Shown: positions 46,221 to 56,082 of the stretch, in pieces
Position numbering within the stretch: position 1 is the stretch's first letter
How the letters are laid out: each line of letters begins with the position of its first letter
Assembly: GCA_964563915.1 (NCBI GenBank)
Contig: CAZLYW010000001.1
Coordinates: 560-64,559 of the forward strand
From: an uncultured Candidatus Peribacteria bacterium
GTDB lineage: Bacteria; Patescibacteriota; Gracilibacteria; Peribacterales; Peribacteraceae
DNA: 64,000 nt
Direction of reading: 5' to 3'
Program-made: the position numbers and the translations under genes
Notes under the pieces: generated by a model
Database searches by the model: none
What the model was told of the DNA's origin: nothing
Seen by the model: only the letters and a program-made list of their open reading frames with translations

Positions 46221-46652
46221 TCATTCGGATTCCGCGGCATCCGATCCCGTTGTTAATTCTTGTACCGGCACCGCCACCGCCTGCGCGAAATCCTCGTTCT
46301 TCGTAAATCGCTCGGTCAGGTTCGCCGACCGGCCGCTGCGGCCGCGCAGGAAGTTCAGCTTCGCGCGACGGACGTTCGCTTCCTTGGTCACCTGCACGTT
46401 CTGCAGCATCGGTGAGTGGAGGGGGAAGACTTTCTCGACGCCAACGCCGGAGACCACCTTGCGAACAGTGAACGATCGATCCGTCGGTACATGCCCCTTG
46501 TGCATGCCGATGATGAGCCCCTCGAAGATCTGCGTCCGCTCCTTGTCGCCTTCCTGCACCCGCTCATGCACGCGGACGGTGTTCCCCGGCGACAGGTCCG
46601 GACGCTTGCGCGCGTACTTCCCAACGTGCTGGCGGATGATGTGGGAGGTCAT
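46221..46652 (-). CDS. rplS: 50S ribosomal protein L19
   Basis: PDLSPGNTVRVHERVQEGDKERTQIFEGLIIGMHKG matches the L19 core. Confidence 0.9.
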   Translation of the reverse strand: MTSHIIRQHVGKYARKRPDLSPGNTVRVHERVQEGDKERTQIFEGLIIGMHKGHVPTDRSFTVRKVVSGVGVEKVFPLHSPMLQNVQVTKEANVRRAKLNFLRGRSGRSANLTERFTKNEDFAQAVAVPVQELTTGSDAAESE

Positions 46653-46695
46653 AGCCCGGTTATGGTAGAGGAGTTTATCCTAGCCGCAAGGGAGA

Positions 46696-46745
46696 GTTAC
46701 GGGTTTCGAGTTGCGAGTTACGAGATTCTCGAAACCCGAAATTAC
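46696..46745. repeat. family-B hairpin (GTTACGGGTTTCGAG...CTCGAAACCCG)
   Basis: Lies between the rplS start region and the stop of the wHTH regulator gene, and overlaps that stop codon. Confidence 0.75.
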
Positions 46746-47338
46746 TTTCCCTGGGCTTCCGCCACTTTTTCCGCAATCGCATTGAGAACAGTGATGTGCC
46801 GTGGATCGTTCAGAATCTCCCGGATGAAGCGATCCTTGAGACTGAGCCGGTAGAGGAAATCTGCCTCGGAGAAGATCGAGTACTTCACGTGCTTGAGCTC
46901 CGGATCCTGGAGGAGGAGCGCTTCGATGAGTTCCTTCTTCACGGTCCCGACGATGAGCAAATCCACTTTGCTCTCGGTCCCCGCGAACGACCCCGCGAGG
47001 ACAATGAGCTGGATGTTCGGCAGGTTCTTGAGGCTCGCGACGATGGGGCTCTCGGCCTGCACTTCCTTGCTGAAGAGACTGCGCAAATCCGCGTAGAGCG
47101 GAAATTCGCTATCGACACGGTAGTACTTCTTGCGATTGCGGTGCCGTGCGCGGACGAGCCCGATGCGCCGGAGGTTTTCGAGTTCACGGCGGATGCTGTT
47201 GATCTGTTCGCCGAGCAACCGCGTGAGTTCTCGGATGAAGTACTCACTCTCGGGATGGAGCAGGAACGTCGAGAGCAGCTTCACTCTCGTCTGCGACGAG
47301 AACAGTGCTTTGAGCGTGACGGATGACATGCTGATCAC
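46742..47338 (-). CDS. winged-helix (ArsR/MarR-like) transcriptional regulator with C-terminal domain
   Basis: N-terminal RVKLLSTFLLHPESEYFIRELTRLLGEQINSIRRELENL wHTH. Confidence 0.6.
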   Translation of the reverse strand: MISMSSVTLKALFSSQTRVKLLSTFLLHPESEYFIRELTRLLGEQINSIRRELENLRRIGLVRARHRNRKKYYRVDSEFPLYADLRSLFSKEVQAESPIVASLKNLPNIQLIVLAGSFAGTESKVDLLIVGTVKKELIEALLLQDPELKHVKYSIFSEADFLYRLSLKDRFIREILNDPRHITVLNAIAEKVAEAQGK

Positions 47339-47560
47339 AAACAGTACTCAGGAGTACAGAGGTAGCGCAAGAAAAGTGATCAAGTTTGTGAACAATATAA
47401 ATATTCATATATTTAGTTTAATTAAAGCCAATTATTTAGTATTTTACTTGTTTAATTAATCTTTGTTGAATACAATTTATACTCGCATTTTCACTCAAAT
47501 TATGTCGTGGTAGGACTCCATTGTCTTCAGCAATGCGTAGCAGTCAACATGGAGTGATTA
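47339..47560. promoter_or_regulatory. very AT-rich spacer upstream of the membrane-protein operon; candidate promoter TTGTTT-17-TACAAT at 47448-47476 (+)
   Basis: By hand count, about 20 of 110 bases are G/C in 47391-47500. This contrasts sharply with the surrounding G+C-rich DNA. Confidence 0.4.
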
Positions 47561-47599
47561 TTGAAGAGAAAGCCAAAATACTGTATAATTATCGGATTT

Positions 47600-49408
47600 A
47601 TGCACAGACACACACTCCAGAGAAGCGTGCTGTTCCTCTGCATCGCCACGGTTCTTCTCCTGGTTCCGCAGGTGACCTCTGCGCAATTACTGCAGCCAAG
47701 TCAGCAGCTCGTTTCGGGCGCGACGAGTCTCGTGTCACTCCTCATCAGCATCTTCAATTTCCTCACGTGGTTCTTTTTGATGATTCTGGATTTCATCATG
47801 GACCCGCAGTTCATTTTCGGAACCGATCCCAACGGGGGCGACGGGCCGCTCCTCCTGATGCTGCGGGAAATCTGGCAATTCTCGCGCGATCTCGTCAACC
47901 TCGGCTTCGCTCTCGGGCTCATCATCGGCGCCGTGCTGATGATCGTCACAGCAGACGGTACGAAGATCAAAGAACATCTGCCGAAATTCGTGCTCGCAGT
48001 GGTCCTCGTGAACTTCTCCTGGTTCATTCCCCGCGTGATCTTCGATGTCTCCCAAGTCCTCACGTATACGGTCTACCAGCTCCCCTCTCTCCTCGGCGAC
48101 AATCAATGCACTCTCCCGCCGACGGATACGCTTCCACGACGTCCCTGCGAAGTGATTCTGCAGTTCAAGTTCTTCAATCAGGCCAACGGAATCATCAACG
48201 GTGTCGAAGGTTGGCGGTGCCCTCTTCCCTCGATCGTCTGCTACCAGAGCGTTCCGATCAACGACGCGCGCGCAGAGAACCTCCGGACATCAACCAAGGT
48301 GCTCGATGGCCTGATCGTGAACCACGCGAAGCTCCAGTGGCTCGTGCAGATCCGCCCGACCGAGGCGGAAGTCCGCCTGCCGAACGGCATCAACAACGCA
48401 CAGGCCTTCATTCGATTCGCCAGCATCATCATCAAGCTCATCGTCGTTCTGCTCATCCACGTCGCCCTCCTCTTCCCGATCATCGCGATGACGGCAGCGT
48501 TCTTCATCCGGATCCCCATTCTGTGGGTCTCGATGGCGTTCATGCCGCTGATCGCTCTGGGTTTCGCGTTCCCCAAACTCCGTGAAGGCGAATACGCCGA
48601 CCTCTTCTGGAAATGGCAGGAACACTTCCTCCAGGCGGTGTTCCTCCCCGTCCGCGTCGCCATTCCCTTCGTCATCGGCTTCATCATGCTCAACGCGGGT
48701 TCGGGAATCGACATGCCCATGAACTTCGACGGCCTCAACGTCAACATCGTCCCCATCATCGTCGGCGTGAATAACCTGTGGCAGATCCTCTGGATGGGCG
48801 TCGCCATCACGATCATCTGGAAGTACAGCTTCGACGCGCTCAAAGGCGACAAGGCCGGCTTCATGGGCATGTTCACCGAGAGGATCCAATCGATCGGTTC
48901 CAGCCTCGGCTCCGTCGCCATGCAAATCCCGACGAGCATCCCGTTCATCCCGATGCCGGGCAGGATGGTGCCAGACGGGAGGGGAGGGCAAGTCCAGGAA
49001 CGCGCGTCGATCGGGCAACTGCTCCGCGGAGCCGACCCGCGTCGCTGGCGCGACGAGCTTCGCCTGGGCCGGTTCGACGCAGGCTCCGCTGGCAGAGTCC
49101 TGGGCTTGCAAGGTTCGCAGGTCGCCAATCCGCAGGCTGTGAATCGCATCCGGGCAAACATGAACGTCGCCACGAACATCAATACTGTACACTTTGAAAA
49201 TGCACTGCGGACTCCGAATAATCCCGCTGCACTCCAACAGCTCACTGCAGGATTTGAAGAATTACGAACGCACTACAGTCTCGGCCCGCTTTCCAATGAA
49301 CAAGTGCTGATCAATCTCCAACAGGCAGGAGCAATCGATGCTGCCCGGCACAAACAACTCGAAGATCTCCTTCGAGATATACGCAGCAGGCCGCCGGCCC
49401 CTCCGTGA
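47600..49408 (+). CDS. large polytopic membrane protein (signal peptide plus about 9 TM helices plus Arg/Gly-rich C-terminal domain), family unknown
   Basis: Starts MHRHTLQRSVLFLCIATVLLLVPQVTSAQ, followed by many hydrophobic helices. The tracked TTG start at 47561 is less likely. Confidence 0.6.
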   Translation: MHRHTLQRSVLFLCIATVLLLVPQVTSAQLLQPSQQLVSGATSLVSLLISIFNFLTWFFLMILDFIMDPQFIFGTDPNGGDGPLLLMLREIWQFSRDLVNLGFALGLIIGAVLMIVTADGTKIKEHLPKFVLAVVLVNFSWFIPRVIFDVSQVLTYTVYQLPSLLGDNQCTLPPTDTLPRRPCEVILQFKFFNQANGIINGVEGWRCPLPSIVCYQSVPINDARAENLRTSTKVLDGLIVNHAKLQWLVQIRPTEAEVRLPNGINNAQAFIRFASIIIKLIVVLLIHVALLFPIIAMTAAFFIRIPILWVSMAFMPLIALGFAFPKLREGEYADLFWKWQEHFLQAVFLPVRVAIPFVIGFIMLNAGSGIDMPMNFDGLNVNIVPIIVGVNNLWQILWMGVAITIIWKYSFDALKGDKAGFMGMFTERIQSIGSSLGSVAMQIPTSIPFIPMPGRMVPDGRGGQVQERASIGQLLRGADPRRWRDELRLGRFDAGSAGRVLGLQGSQVANPQAVNRIRANMNVATNINTVHFENALRTPNNPAALQQLTAGFEELRTHYSLGPLSNEQVLINLQQAGAIDAARHKQLEDLLRDIRSRPPAPP

Positions 49409-49427
49409 TCGGTGAACACCCACATCC

Positions 49428-50561
49428 ATGCCCACATTCGAATCAGGAGTACCGGCTCGCCCCTCTCGAGAATCCATTCGACGCGACTTTCTGGAGAAGG
49501 AACGTGCACAACTGGAGGGACTCAAGATACAAACCGAAAGAACCCGCACCCAGCAGGAATCCCGCGAGAACGCACACAAAGCGTTCCTGGACTCCATCTC
49601 TGCCGCGCGCAAGCGCATCGTCGACCGCGGGTGCCTGGAGCAGCTGCAGAAGACGCGCGACGGGCTTCCCGACCCGTGGAAGAGATGGCTCACTCGCCTG
49701 GAGTCGCTTGCGACACCATCGGGCGATTCCACCACTCCCGAGCGTCTGCCCACGCGTCCGAGTCCCATCGCCATTCTCCGCTACATCTACGATGCGCAGC
49801 CGCAGGTCGAGCGCGAAGCCGCAAACATCGGATTGCCTCCTGCGCTGGAAGCCGCGCAGAAGATCAAGGACGTGTTCACTGCATTCCAGAACGCGATCGG
49901 CACGCTGCCGTCAGAAGCGATCGTCAGCGATCCGTTCGCATGGGCGCACAATCCCGACATCGCGGAGCGCAGCGGACATCTGGTACGAGTAGGTGTCTTC
50001 GTCCTCGCCGCAGCGAGTTTTGTTGCGACGAGCATCATCGCACTTCTCACCAAGGAGAATCCCAATTGGAAGCTCCCGGCCATCTGGCTCCTCTTCGCCG
50101 GACTTGCAGCCGGCTGGGGCGATATCACCGGCAGCCGCAATGATCGGCTGGGGCGACAAGTGGGATTTTTGACCAGTCCGAACGGCAGCTGGGAGAATCT
50201 CCAGAGCACCTACGGACTCCGCGGACCGGCGTGGGCGCAGTTCGCCCGGACTCTCATGCAGGACGAGCGCGGCAATGCGGCGATCGCGCGCGTCCGCCGG
50301 TCCCGCACGACGCTCACGGAGGAGGAACAGAACACCATCGTCGCACTGGCTCCGACCGAGATTCACAAACAGGTGCGGGCGATGCTCGCAAGCGGCACCG
50401 GGCAGGGCGCTCACCGCGACTTCCGCGGGTTCTTGGGACTCCTCGGCCGCGCACGCACGGAAGAAGCGCAGAACCTCGTGACCGTGTTCATGCAGGAAGG
50501 AGCGACGGTGCAGAGCGTGGACGCGCTCTTCAACAGTACAGCACCGGCCAGAACCGCATAA
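49428..50561 (+). CDS. hypothetical protein: coiled-coil N-domain, two TM helices, C-terminal domain
   Basis: 377-aa ORF starting 20 nt after the upstream gene, with TM segments VGVFVLAAASFVATSIIALL and LPAIWLLFAGLAAGW. Confidence 0.5.
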   Translation: MPTFESGVPARPSRESIRRDFLEKERAQLEGLKIQTERTRTQQESRENAHKAFLDSISAARKRIVDRGCLEQLQKTRDGLPDPWKRWLTRLESLATPSGDSTTPERLPTRPSPIAILRYIYDAQPQVEREAANIGLPPALEAAQKIKDVFTAFQNAIGTLPSEAIVSDPFAWAHNPDIAERSGHLVRVGVFVLAAASFVATSIIALLTKENPNWKLPAIWLLFAGLAAGWGDITGSRNDRLGRQVGFLTSPNGSWENLQSTYGLRGPAWAQFARTLMQDERGNAAIARVRRSRTTLTEEEQNTIVALAPTEIHKQVRAMLASGTGQGAHRDFRGFLGLLGRARTEEAQNLVTVFMQEGATVQSVDALFNSTAPARTA

Positions 50562-50583
50562 GATGGGCAACGAGCAAAGCGGA

Positions 50584-52878
50584 TCATTCCTCCTTCCTCC
50601 GCAGCTCCCGCACAAACGCCTCCAGCCGGTCACCTTCTTGCACGGGCACGGTGCTCTCGACGCGCATCCCGCACTCCTGCCCTTCCTTCGCTTCTCTGAT
50701 GTCTTTCTCCACGTGCTTGAGCGAGGTAATGCGGCCGGTGCCGATGATGTTTTCTCCTGAGCCCGAAGGACGCATGAGACGGAACTGCACGCGCTTGAGG
50801 ATGCCGTCGGTCACCTTGCCGCCGATGATCTGCTCGCTCTTCTTGTTGAGGAAGATGCCACGCACTTCGAGATGGCCCAGGATCTTCTCCTCCTCGATCG
50901 GCTCGATGAGTCCCTGGAGAAGCTTTTCGACTTCGTCGAGGAGCTCGTACAGGATCTCGTACTGACGCACCTGGATCCCCTCGCGCTCGGCGGTGCGCTG
51001 GACGTCCACCGGCACGGGCGTATGGAACGAGAGGACGATGCCTTCACTCGCCGAGGCCATCATCACGTCGCTCTCCGTGACCGATCCGATGGCGCCGTGG
51101 ATGATGTTGACGCTTACCCCGAGCGGAGTCGAGGGGCTGACGGGAGAGAGCTTCTCCAGCGCGCCGGAAATCGCCTCGAGAGACCCCTGTGTATCGACTT
51201 TCAGCACCACGTTGAGCTGCTTGAGTTTCCCTTGCGTGAGCCGCAGGACGAGATCCGCGAACGATCGCTTCTGGGTGCGTCCGGCATGCTCCGCAAAGGC
51301 TTCCTGCAGCGTGCGCGCTTCCCTATCGGACGCAACGACCTGGAGAATGTCTCCGACGGTGGGCAGCTTTTCCAATCCGGCCATACGCGCAGCCGCGGAG
51401 GGCTGCGCTTCATGCAGACGCTTCCCGTGGGCATCGATGAGCGCTTTCACGCGACCGCCCGTGCTGCCGCAGACGCAGACGTCGCCCACCCGGAGCGTGC
51501 CCGTGTTCACGATGACGGTCGCCAGCGGGCCCATGGACGTATCCAGATGGCTTTCGATGACGGTGGCGATCGCCGAGCGGTTGGGGTTCGCCGAACATTT
51601 CCTCTCGTCCGCGAGGAGCAGCAGGTGATCGAGCAAATCGGGAATCCCCTGCTTGGTGACGGCGGAGCACGGCACCACCGGCGTTCTGCCGCCCCACTCC
51701 TCCGGCTGCAGGCCGTGGCTCGCGACATCGCCCTTGACGCGGTCGATGTCGGCGCGCTCTTTGTCGATCTTCGTGATCGCGACGATGATCGGCACGTCGG
51801 CATCCTTCGCGTGGTCAATGGCTTCGACGGTCGTCGGCTTCACCCCTTCCTCTCCCGACACGACGAGGATGACGATGTCGGTGACCTGCGCACCGCGCGC
51901 GCGCATCGCCGTGAACGCTTCGTGGCCGGGCGTATCGAGGAAGGTGATCTTCCGCCGTCCGAGGAGCGATGATTCATGTTCCACCTGGTACGCACCGATG
52001 TGCTGGGTGATGCCGCCGGCTTCCTGGGAGACGACGTCCGTCGAACGGATGGCGTCGAGCAGCGCCGTTTTCCCGTGATCGACGTGTCCCATCACGACGA
52101 CGATCGGCGGGCGGGGAAGAAGATTCTCCGGCTCGTCCTGAATCAGTTCCTTCAGGTTGCGGCTGATCAGCTGCTCCGCCGTCGCGCTGCGCTCCTCGCG
52201 CTCGACGGTGACGCCGAGCTCTGCCAGGACGATCGATGCCGTATCGAAGTCGAGCGACTGCGTGATCGTCGCCATCACGCCGTTCTTCATGAGTGCCGCG
52301 ATGAGCTTGGGGACCTGAATGCCCGTCTTCTCGGCGAGTTCCTTGACGGTGATCATGTCCGGGAGCGCGACGGGGCCTTCCTTCTTCTTGATCTGCTCCT
52401 GGTCGCGTCCGGTGGCGGACGTCTTCTGACGCAGGGCTTCGGCCGCTTTCCGGTGTTCGCGCGCCTGCTCCTCGCGCTCTTCCTTCGTGAGTTTCTTCAG
52501 CGCCTGCTCCTCGCGTGCGATCGCGGACGGGGACACGCCTTCGAGCGTGAGTTTCCGCAGGACCGTCATCCGTTCACCCGTGCGGGGGGCAGGTGGGACC
52601 GCGGGGGGTGCGGTTACTGGAGCTGCGGATGTTTGTTGAGCGGGAGTGGCCCTTGCATCTTCATTCGTCGCTTCCTCTCCTTCGTCGTCGCCCAACCCGA
52701 TCGCGCCCAGGTCAATCGTCAGTCCCTTCTTCTGCGCGACGAAGCGGATGATCCCCTTCGCGAGCGCATCCGGCACTTCGCGGTCCGTCGGCTTGATGCC
52801 GACGTTGACCTGCGTGAGCTCGTGGCGGAGCTCTTGTCCCGTCATGCCTAAGATTTTGGCGACCTGCACGAGGCGCAT
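50584..52878 (-). CDS. infB: translation initiation factor IF-2
   Basis: G-domain [12 protein letters not shown] and DTPGHEAF. Start set at [11 protein letters not shown]. Confidence 0.95.
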   Translation of the reverse strand: MRLVQVAKILGMTGQELRHELTQVNVGIKPTDREVPDALAKGIIRFVAQKKGLTIDLGAIGLGDDEGEEATNEDARATPAQQTSAAPVTAPPAVPPAPRTGERMTVLRKLTLEGVSPSAIAREEQALKKLTKEEREEQAREHRKAAEALRQKTSATGRDQEQIKKKEGPVALPDMITVKELAEKTGIQVPKLIAALMKNGVMATITQSLDFDTASIVLAELGVTVEREERSATAEQLISRNLKELIQDEPENLLPRPPIVVVMGHVDHGKTALLDAIRSTDVVSQEAGGITQHIGAYQVEHESSLLGRRKITFLDTPGHEAFTAMRARGAQVTDIVILVVSGEEGVKPTTVEAIDHAKDADVPIIVAITKIDKERADIDRVKGDVASHGLQPEEWGGRTPVVPCSAVTKQGIPDLLDHLLLLADERKCSANPNRSAIATVIESHLDTSMGPLATVIVNTGTLRVGDVCVCGSTGGRVKALIDAHGKRLHEAQPSAAARMAGLEKLPTVGDILQVVASDREARTLQEAFAEHAGRTQKRSFADLVLRLTQGKLKQLNVVLKVDTQGSLEAISGALEKLSPVSPSTPLGVSVNIIHGAIGSVTESDVMMASASEGIVLSFHTPVPVDVQRTAEREGIQVRQYEILYELLDEVEKLLQGLIEPIEEEKILGHLEVRGIFLNKKSEQIIGGKVTDGILKRVQFRLMRPSGSGENIIGTGRITSLKHVEKDIREAKEGQECGMRVESTVPVQEGDRLEAFVRELRRKEE

Positions 52879-53000
52879 TGGGTACGGGTGGAAGATAATG
52901 ACCGCTCCCAGTATAGCGATTTTGCGCTTCCGCGCAATTACCAATCACCAAGCATCAATGATCAAATAATGCTCAATTTTCAAATGATCTCCTTCTACAG

Positions 53001-54416
53001 TCATTCTTCGCTGATGTTTTTCACAACGTCCGTCCCACTATCCCCCGCTCCCCCGTTCGTGATTCCCTGCACGACGTCCTGCGATTTCTGTTTCGGTTTA
53101 GATTGTTCTGGCATTTGGTCTTTTGGTTCTTCTTTGGTACTTGGAATTTGGTTCTTGGTAATTTTCTGCGACACGACCGGTGCCGGGGTAGTCGGCTGCT
53201 CACTCTCTCGCCTCTGCCTCTCCATTCCCTCCCTCAACTTCTTGACGCACTCGAGCACCTGCAATTGGAAGTTCCCGTAACTCTTCACGCGGAATCCGGA
53301 CGCGCGCGCGTGTCCTCCACCGCCGTAGGTTTCGCCTGCGAGGCGGGAGCAGTCGATGGATGCCGAAGAGCGCATACTCGCCTTGAGTCCCCCTGCCCCC
53401 CCTGAGCCTGCCTGCGGTGAGCCTGACGAATCCGCCGAAGGGTCTTCCACTTCCGTGAAGAGCACATGGACGTCGGCATTCGGGATCGTTGAAATCAATT
53501 CATCGAGGATACCATGGGTTTCCTTCGATGACGCTTCCATCTCCTGCAGGTCCTCGCGACTGATCGATGACCACACGATCCCCGTTGTCGCGTCCATCTG
53601 GATCCGATTGAGCGCGCGGCCCCAGATCTTGAGCGTGCTGAGCGGCTTCGTCTTGTAGATGTGCTGAATGATCTCCTGCTGCCGCGCCCCCCTCTCCAGC
53701 AATTCCGCCGCGACTTCCAGCGATCGCGGCGTCGTATTCGGGTTCTGGAAGCTGCGCGTATCGGTGATGAGACCTGTCAGGAGCAGCGTTGCGATATCCG
53801 GCGTGATCTTGCTCTGCCAACCCGGCACCTGCACGAACCAGCCGTAGAGGACCTCCGTCGCCGAGGCGGCCGTCGGATCGATTAAGTGCGTCTGCCCGTA
53901 GCGCGTGTTGCTGATGTGGTGATCGACGTTCAGAACGGGAATCTGCGAGAAGAGATCGATATGGTCGGTGTAGAGCGTGCTGAGGAGCGCAAGGTCGGCG
54001 GTATCGACCATGACGATGAGGTCGTACTGCCGTTCGCCTTCGGCGAACGTGATGTGACGGGTACCGATCTTCCCCTTCTTCGGCACGACGATGATATTCA
54101 CCTTCCGGTCCTCGACAGTGTAGCGGAGCTTGTCGACTTCGACACCGCCATCGAGATTGATGGTGACGACGAAATTCTGGTCCTCGGCGATCTCGCCTTC
54201 CAGTTTTTCGAAACCGGGAAGGAACCGCAGCGACTCCGGCGGTGTATCGGGGCAAATGACCGTCACGTCCTTCCCGATGCTCTTGAACATCTGGTAGCAC
54301 GCGAGCGCTGAACTCAGCCCATCGGGATCCACGTTCGCATGCGGAATCACCAGCAAGCGTTGATGCCTGTTGATGACATCCGTTGCGGCCGAGAGATCTT
54401 TGGGGCTGAGGGCCAT
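53001..54416 (-). CDS. DHH/DHHA1 phosphoesterase (NrnA-like) with repeat-derived insert and C-terminal tail
   Basis: Has HANVDPDGLSS, NVDHHISN and GGGGHARASG. Confidence 0.85.
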   Translation of the reverse strand: MALSPKDLSAATDVINRHQRLLVIPHANVDPDGLSSALACYQMFKSIGKDVTVICPDTPPESLRFLPGFEKLEGEIAEDQNFVVTINLDGGVEVDKLRYTVEDRKVNIIVVPKKGKIGTRHITFAEGERQYDLIVMVDTADLALLSTLYTDHIDLFSQIPVLNVDHHISNTRYGQTHLIDPTAASATEVLYGWFVQVPGWQSKITPDIATLLLTGLITDTRSFQNPNTTPRSLEVAAELLERGARQQEIIQHIYKTKPLSTLKIWGRALNRIQMDATTGIVWSSISREDLQEMEASSKETHGILDELISTIPNADVHVLFTEVEDPSADSSGSPQAGSGGAGGLKASMRSSASIDCSRLAGETYGGGGHARASGFRVKSYGNFQLQVLECVKKLREGMERQRRESEQPTTPAPVVSQKITKNQIPSTKEEPKDQMPEQSKPKQKSQDVVQGITNGGAGDSGTDVVKNISEE

Positions 54417-54555
54417 GATTGGGGGATAGCTGTGAGCGAAGCGAACTCACTACTATAACATAATTTTATAGTTTATGCAAGTACTCTGGAAATTAGAGGA
54501 CAGGGAAGCACAAAGGCTTGTCGGGAGAAAGGACTATTTTCCATTCCGTGTCTCC

Positions 54556-54604
54556 TTGCCGCCTTGCGGACGATGGAGTAGAATAAGTACGTATTTACGT
54601 ACTT
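54556..54604 (+). promoter_or_regulatory. yefM-yoeB promoter (TTGCCG-17-TAGAAT) with overlapping 20-bp palindromic operator AAGTACGTATTTACGTACTT
   Basis: -35 at 54556-54561, -10 at 54579-54584, palindrome at 54585-54604, ending 4 nt before the yefM ATG. It has GTAC cores, as in known yefM-yoeB operators. Confidence 0.5.
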
Positions 54605-54608
54605 TTGC

Positions 54609-54854
54609 ATGACGACGACCACCTACACCGAACTCCGAGCCAACCTTGCGCGTTTCCTCAACCGGGCGGAAGAGAATTGCGAGGAAATCGTCGTCAGCCG
54701 TGGGAAACAGAGAAACGTCATTATCCTGTCCCTCGATGATTATCTGTCGCTCCAGGAAACTGCCTACCTGCTGTCGTCGAAAAAGAACCGGCAGCATCTG
54801 GAAAAATCCCTGGCGGAAGAGCGAAAAGGAAAGACCATCCGCATGAACTTCTGA
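54609..54854 (+). CDS. yefM: antitoxin, Phd/YefM family
   Basis: 81 aa. The N-terminus TYTELRANLARFLNRAEENCEEIVVSR is typical of YefM. Confidence 0.9.
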   Translation: MTTTTYTELRANLARFLNRAEENCEEIVVSRGKQRNVIILSLDDYLSLQETAYLLSSKKNRQHLEKSLAEERKGKTIRMNF

Positions 54855-54861
54855 AGACGAC

Positions 54862-55116
54862 GTGGAGATCCGTTTCACCGAATCGGCGCACAAGGACTAT
54901 CAGTATTGGAAGCGAACGGATCCTAAAAAAACAGAGCGCATCGAGAAGATATGCAAAGATGCTCTCCTTCACCCGTTCGAGGGAATGGGGAAACCGGAGC
55001 CTCTGAAGTTCGATCTACAGGGATGCTGGTCCAGGAGAATCGACCGCACGCATCGCCTTGTGTACCGTGTCACGGAAAAAGCGATTGTCGTACTTTCGTG
55101 CAGATACCACTACTAA
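54862..55116 (+). CDS. yoeB: toxin, YoeB/Txe family (RelE fold mRNA interferase)
   Basis: 84 aa with KDYQYWKRTDPK...GCWSRRIDRTHRLVYRV...SCRYHY. GTG start 7 nt after the yefM stop. Confidence 0.9.
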   Translation: MEIRFTESAHKDYQYWKRTDPKKTERIEKICKDALLHPFEGMGKPEPLKFDLQGCWSRRIDRTHRLVYRVTEKAIVVLSCRYHY

Positions 55117-55159
55117 CTCCGAATCTCTATTGCTCGTCATGCATCTTTTGCTTCTGCTA

Positions 55160-55187
55160 TTGACAATAGTATCAAAAAATGTAAATT
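55160..55187 (+). promoter_or_regulatory. promoter TTGACA-16-TAAATT ending 7 nt before ATG 55195 (leaderless mRNA candidate)
   Basis: -35 at 55160-55165 and -10 at 55182-55187. There is no room for a Shine-Dalgarno sequence. Confidence 0.4.
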
Positions 55188-55194
55188 ATGCATC

Positions 55195-56082
55195 ATGTCT
55201 TCCAAGCCGCGAATCTCCGATATCGTCGAAGCGTCGAAAGGCACCCTTCGGGTGCAGCACTCCATGGGCTCTGGCGATCCGTACATTTCGCAAGCACGAC
55301 TCATGCTCGCCGTTCTGCACGACGGCACGGAGGATCGCCTGCTCGGTGATGTCCAAGAAATCTTTGCGTCGTATCGAGAACATCTTCGTGAATACATTCA
55401 TATCGAGCGCGACATCGGAACGACGGAACTCGCCGACGACGTGCGAGAGGACATCAAGGGCACGCTCGCGCTTCACGTTCTCCCTCCTCGCGGCATCGTC
55501 GATGTCAATCGCCTGCGGGAGTGCGCGCTCCCGATGGAATTTCCGCCTAATTGCACTGACCGGATCACGGAGCAGCTGCTTCAACTGCACTCGAGTACGG
55601 TCACCGCGATGCAACTGGCGCTCGATGAAACCAAGGATGGACGAGGCGCTCGAACCGTTCTGGATCTCCACAGTATGTCCCCGTGGAGTCCGGCCGGCAT
55701 GGCGCCGAAGACGCAATGGAATTGGCTCGAGAAGCATGTTGCCTATTGGGCGAACGCGGTCGGCGGCGAACCTCGCCCGATCGATCTGATCGATGCGACC
55801 GAAGACGGTGAGATGATCGGCGATCGGAAATTGTCGGAGCAATTGAAGTCAGCATTTGAGCAGAGCGGTTATCCCGTTGCATTCAATAAGCCTTATGCGA
55901 AATCCCGCAAGCGCCACCCCATGTTCACTGAGAAGAGAGGAGTCTCTGTGGATTTCCGAAAGGATGATCTTGCCGATAGTCCCGGGGAAAGATTCAATCT
56001 TGTCGATTGTCTTCCCTCCAAGGGGAAAATAGCGAGAGTTGCTGGAATTCTCGGAGAAGTACTGAAGAAGTACCTACGCTGA
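55195..56082 (+). CDS. N-formylglutamate amidohydrolase (FGase)-fold zinc amidohydrolase
   Basis: Ordered motifs LHDGT, ERDIGTTELA, RGIVDVNR, LDLHSM and FNKPYA mirror the FGase family signature (His/Asp metal ligands, DxNR, HS, NxPY). Confidence 0.6.
   Translation: MSSKPRISDIVEASKGTLRVQHSMGSGDPYISQARLMLAVLHDGTEDRLLGDVQEIFASYREHLREYIHIERDIGTTELADDVREDIKGTLALHVLPPRGIVDVNRLRECALPMEFPPNCTDRITEQLLQLHSSTVTAMQLALDETKDGRGARTVLDLHSMSPWSPAGMAPKTQWNWLEKHVAYWANAVGGEPRPIDLIDATEDGEMIGDRKLSEQLKSAFEQSGYPVAFNKPYAKSRKRHPMFTEKRGVSVDFRKDDLADSPGERFNLVDCLPSKGKIARVAGILGEVLKKYLR

Noticed and set aside
47339-47560. AT-rich spacer as a replication origin, and a perfect DnaA-box-like TTATCCACA at 36992-37000.
   Set aside because: There is no dnaA or dnaN nearby and no cluster of DnaA boxes in the AT-rich region. 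The single box at 36992 simply coincides with the GTGGATAAC start of the Xer gene.
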